Positions 63,646-64,000 of a DNA stretch of 64,000 nucleotides are shown here, piece by piece. The notes beneath the pieces are model-generated. The model ran no database searches, had not been told where the DNA came from, and worked only from the letters and a program-made list of their open reading frames with translations. Position 1 is the stretch's first letter; every line of letters begins with the position of its first letter. This stretch comes from Mobula hypostoma (taxonomy: Eukaryota), in NCBI RefSeq assembly GCF_963921235.1, contig NC_086109.1, positions 18,788,001 to 18,852,000 of the forward strand. Direction: 5' to 3'. Position numbers and translations under genes: made by a program.

Positions 63646-64000
63646 GATTGAAGTCTTGGAAAAGATCCAGGCTATTGAAAATTCTGAAAGGCTTCACCAA
63701 GTATTTGCAGTGGACAGTGTGTGTTATGATCGCTCTCCTCCAGTCAGTCCTCTGGTGGATGTGGAGCAGGTTGTACGCGCCCTGTAAATGCAGCTTGTTG
63801 AAGATTTGGAGCCCCCTTGGAGTGTTTCAAATGAGCTATCCATCAAGGAGAGAGGATAACGGATCTTAGTGGTAATCTTCTTCTTCCAAGGATGGAGAGC
63901 TGCATCTCCATTGGTATGATCAAATGAAACTTTGCTGTAGCACTTTGGCAATATAATCATTCATGGCTTGGATCTCAGTAGGGGAGAGGGAGAATAAACG

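Larger units (their letters stand above)
60250..64000 (-). mobile_element. Decayed Ty3/Gypsy pol (RT-RNase H-integrase), split by two insertions, runs off the window
   Basis: RYPLSLMD (RT start); CKLEK...FL, LKQLQHFLGFFNFY, VEVDAC (RT/RNase H); YGVGEREPLAIKRAFEGWRWWL (~61140-61240); FWWPTM..PSGLLQALPVPRHPWSYITMDF..DQFSKMTHFI (integrase); domain order RT-RH-IN. Confidence 0.9.

Noticed and set aside
1..64000. Prokaryotic systems (CRISPR, retron, DGR, operons)
   Set aside because: All RTs are CR1, Rex, Penelope or Gypsy type; there is no spacer-repeat array and no gene-dense organisation

Overview
Eukaryotic, repeat-dense intergenic or intronic DNA. The repeat families suggest a cartilaginous fish, probably a ray; this is inference from repeat content. 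I could not support any host protein-coding exon, rRNA, true tRNA or CRISPR array, and all long ORFs belong to transposable elements. Contents: three long CR1 LINEs (one near full-length on - at 20226-24333, two sister copies on + at 43676-47203 and 51715-55539) plus about 20 CR1 3' fragments; one Penelope-like retroelement with an inverted architecture (49335-50947) and many short fold-back derivatives; a decayed Ty3/Gypsy element split by a hAT element and a SINE-like insertion; solo-LTR-like elements; Tc1/mariner and Harbinger DNA transposons; Rex1/Babar fragments; V-SINE-like and Deu-domain SINEs. Three observations stand out. (1) All three CR1s, from two divergent subfamilies, end ORF1 with an in-phase U_UUA_AAC slippery heptamer plus an immediate stop, and ORF2 lies in the -1 frame with no upstream AUG, suggesting programmed -1 frameshifting. 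(2) The Penelope ends carry minimal type I hammerhead ribozyme motifs. (3) The Penelope element and two tiny fold-back elements each have an exact 13-bp target-site duplication, linking the hairpin repeats to Penelope integration. Fragment boundaries are by eye and approximate unless a TSD or TIR is quoted.
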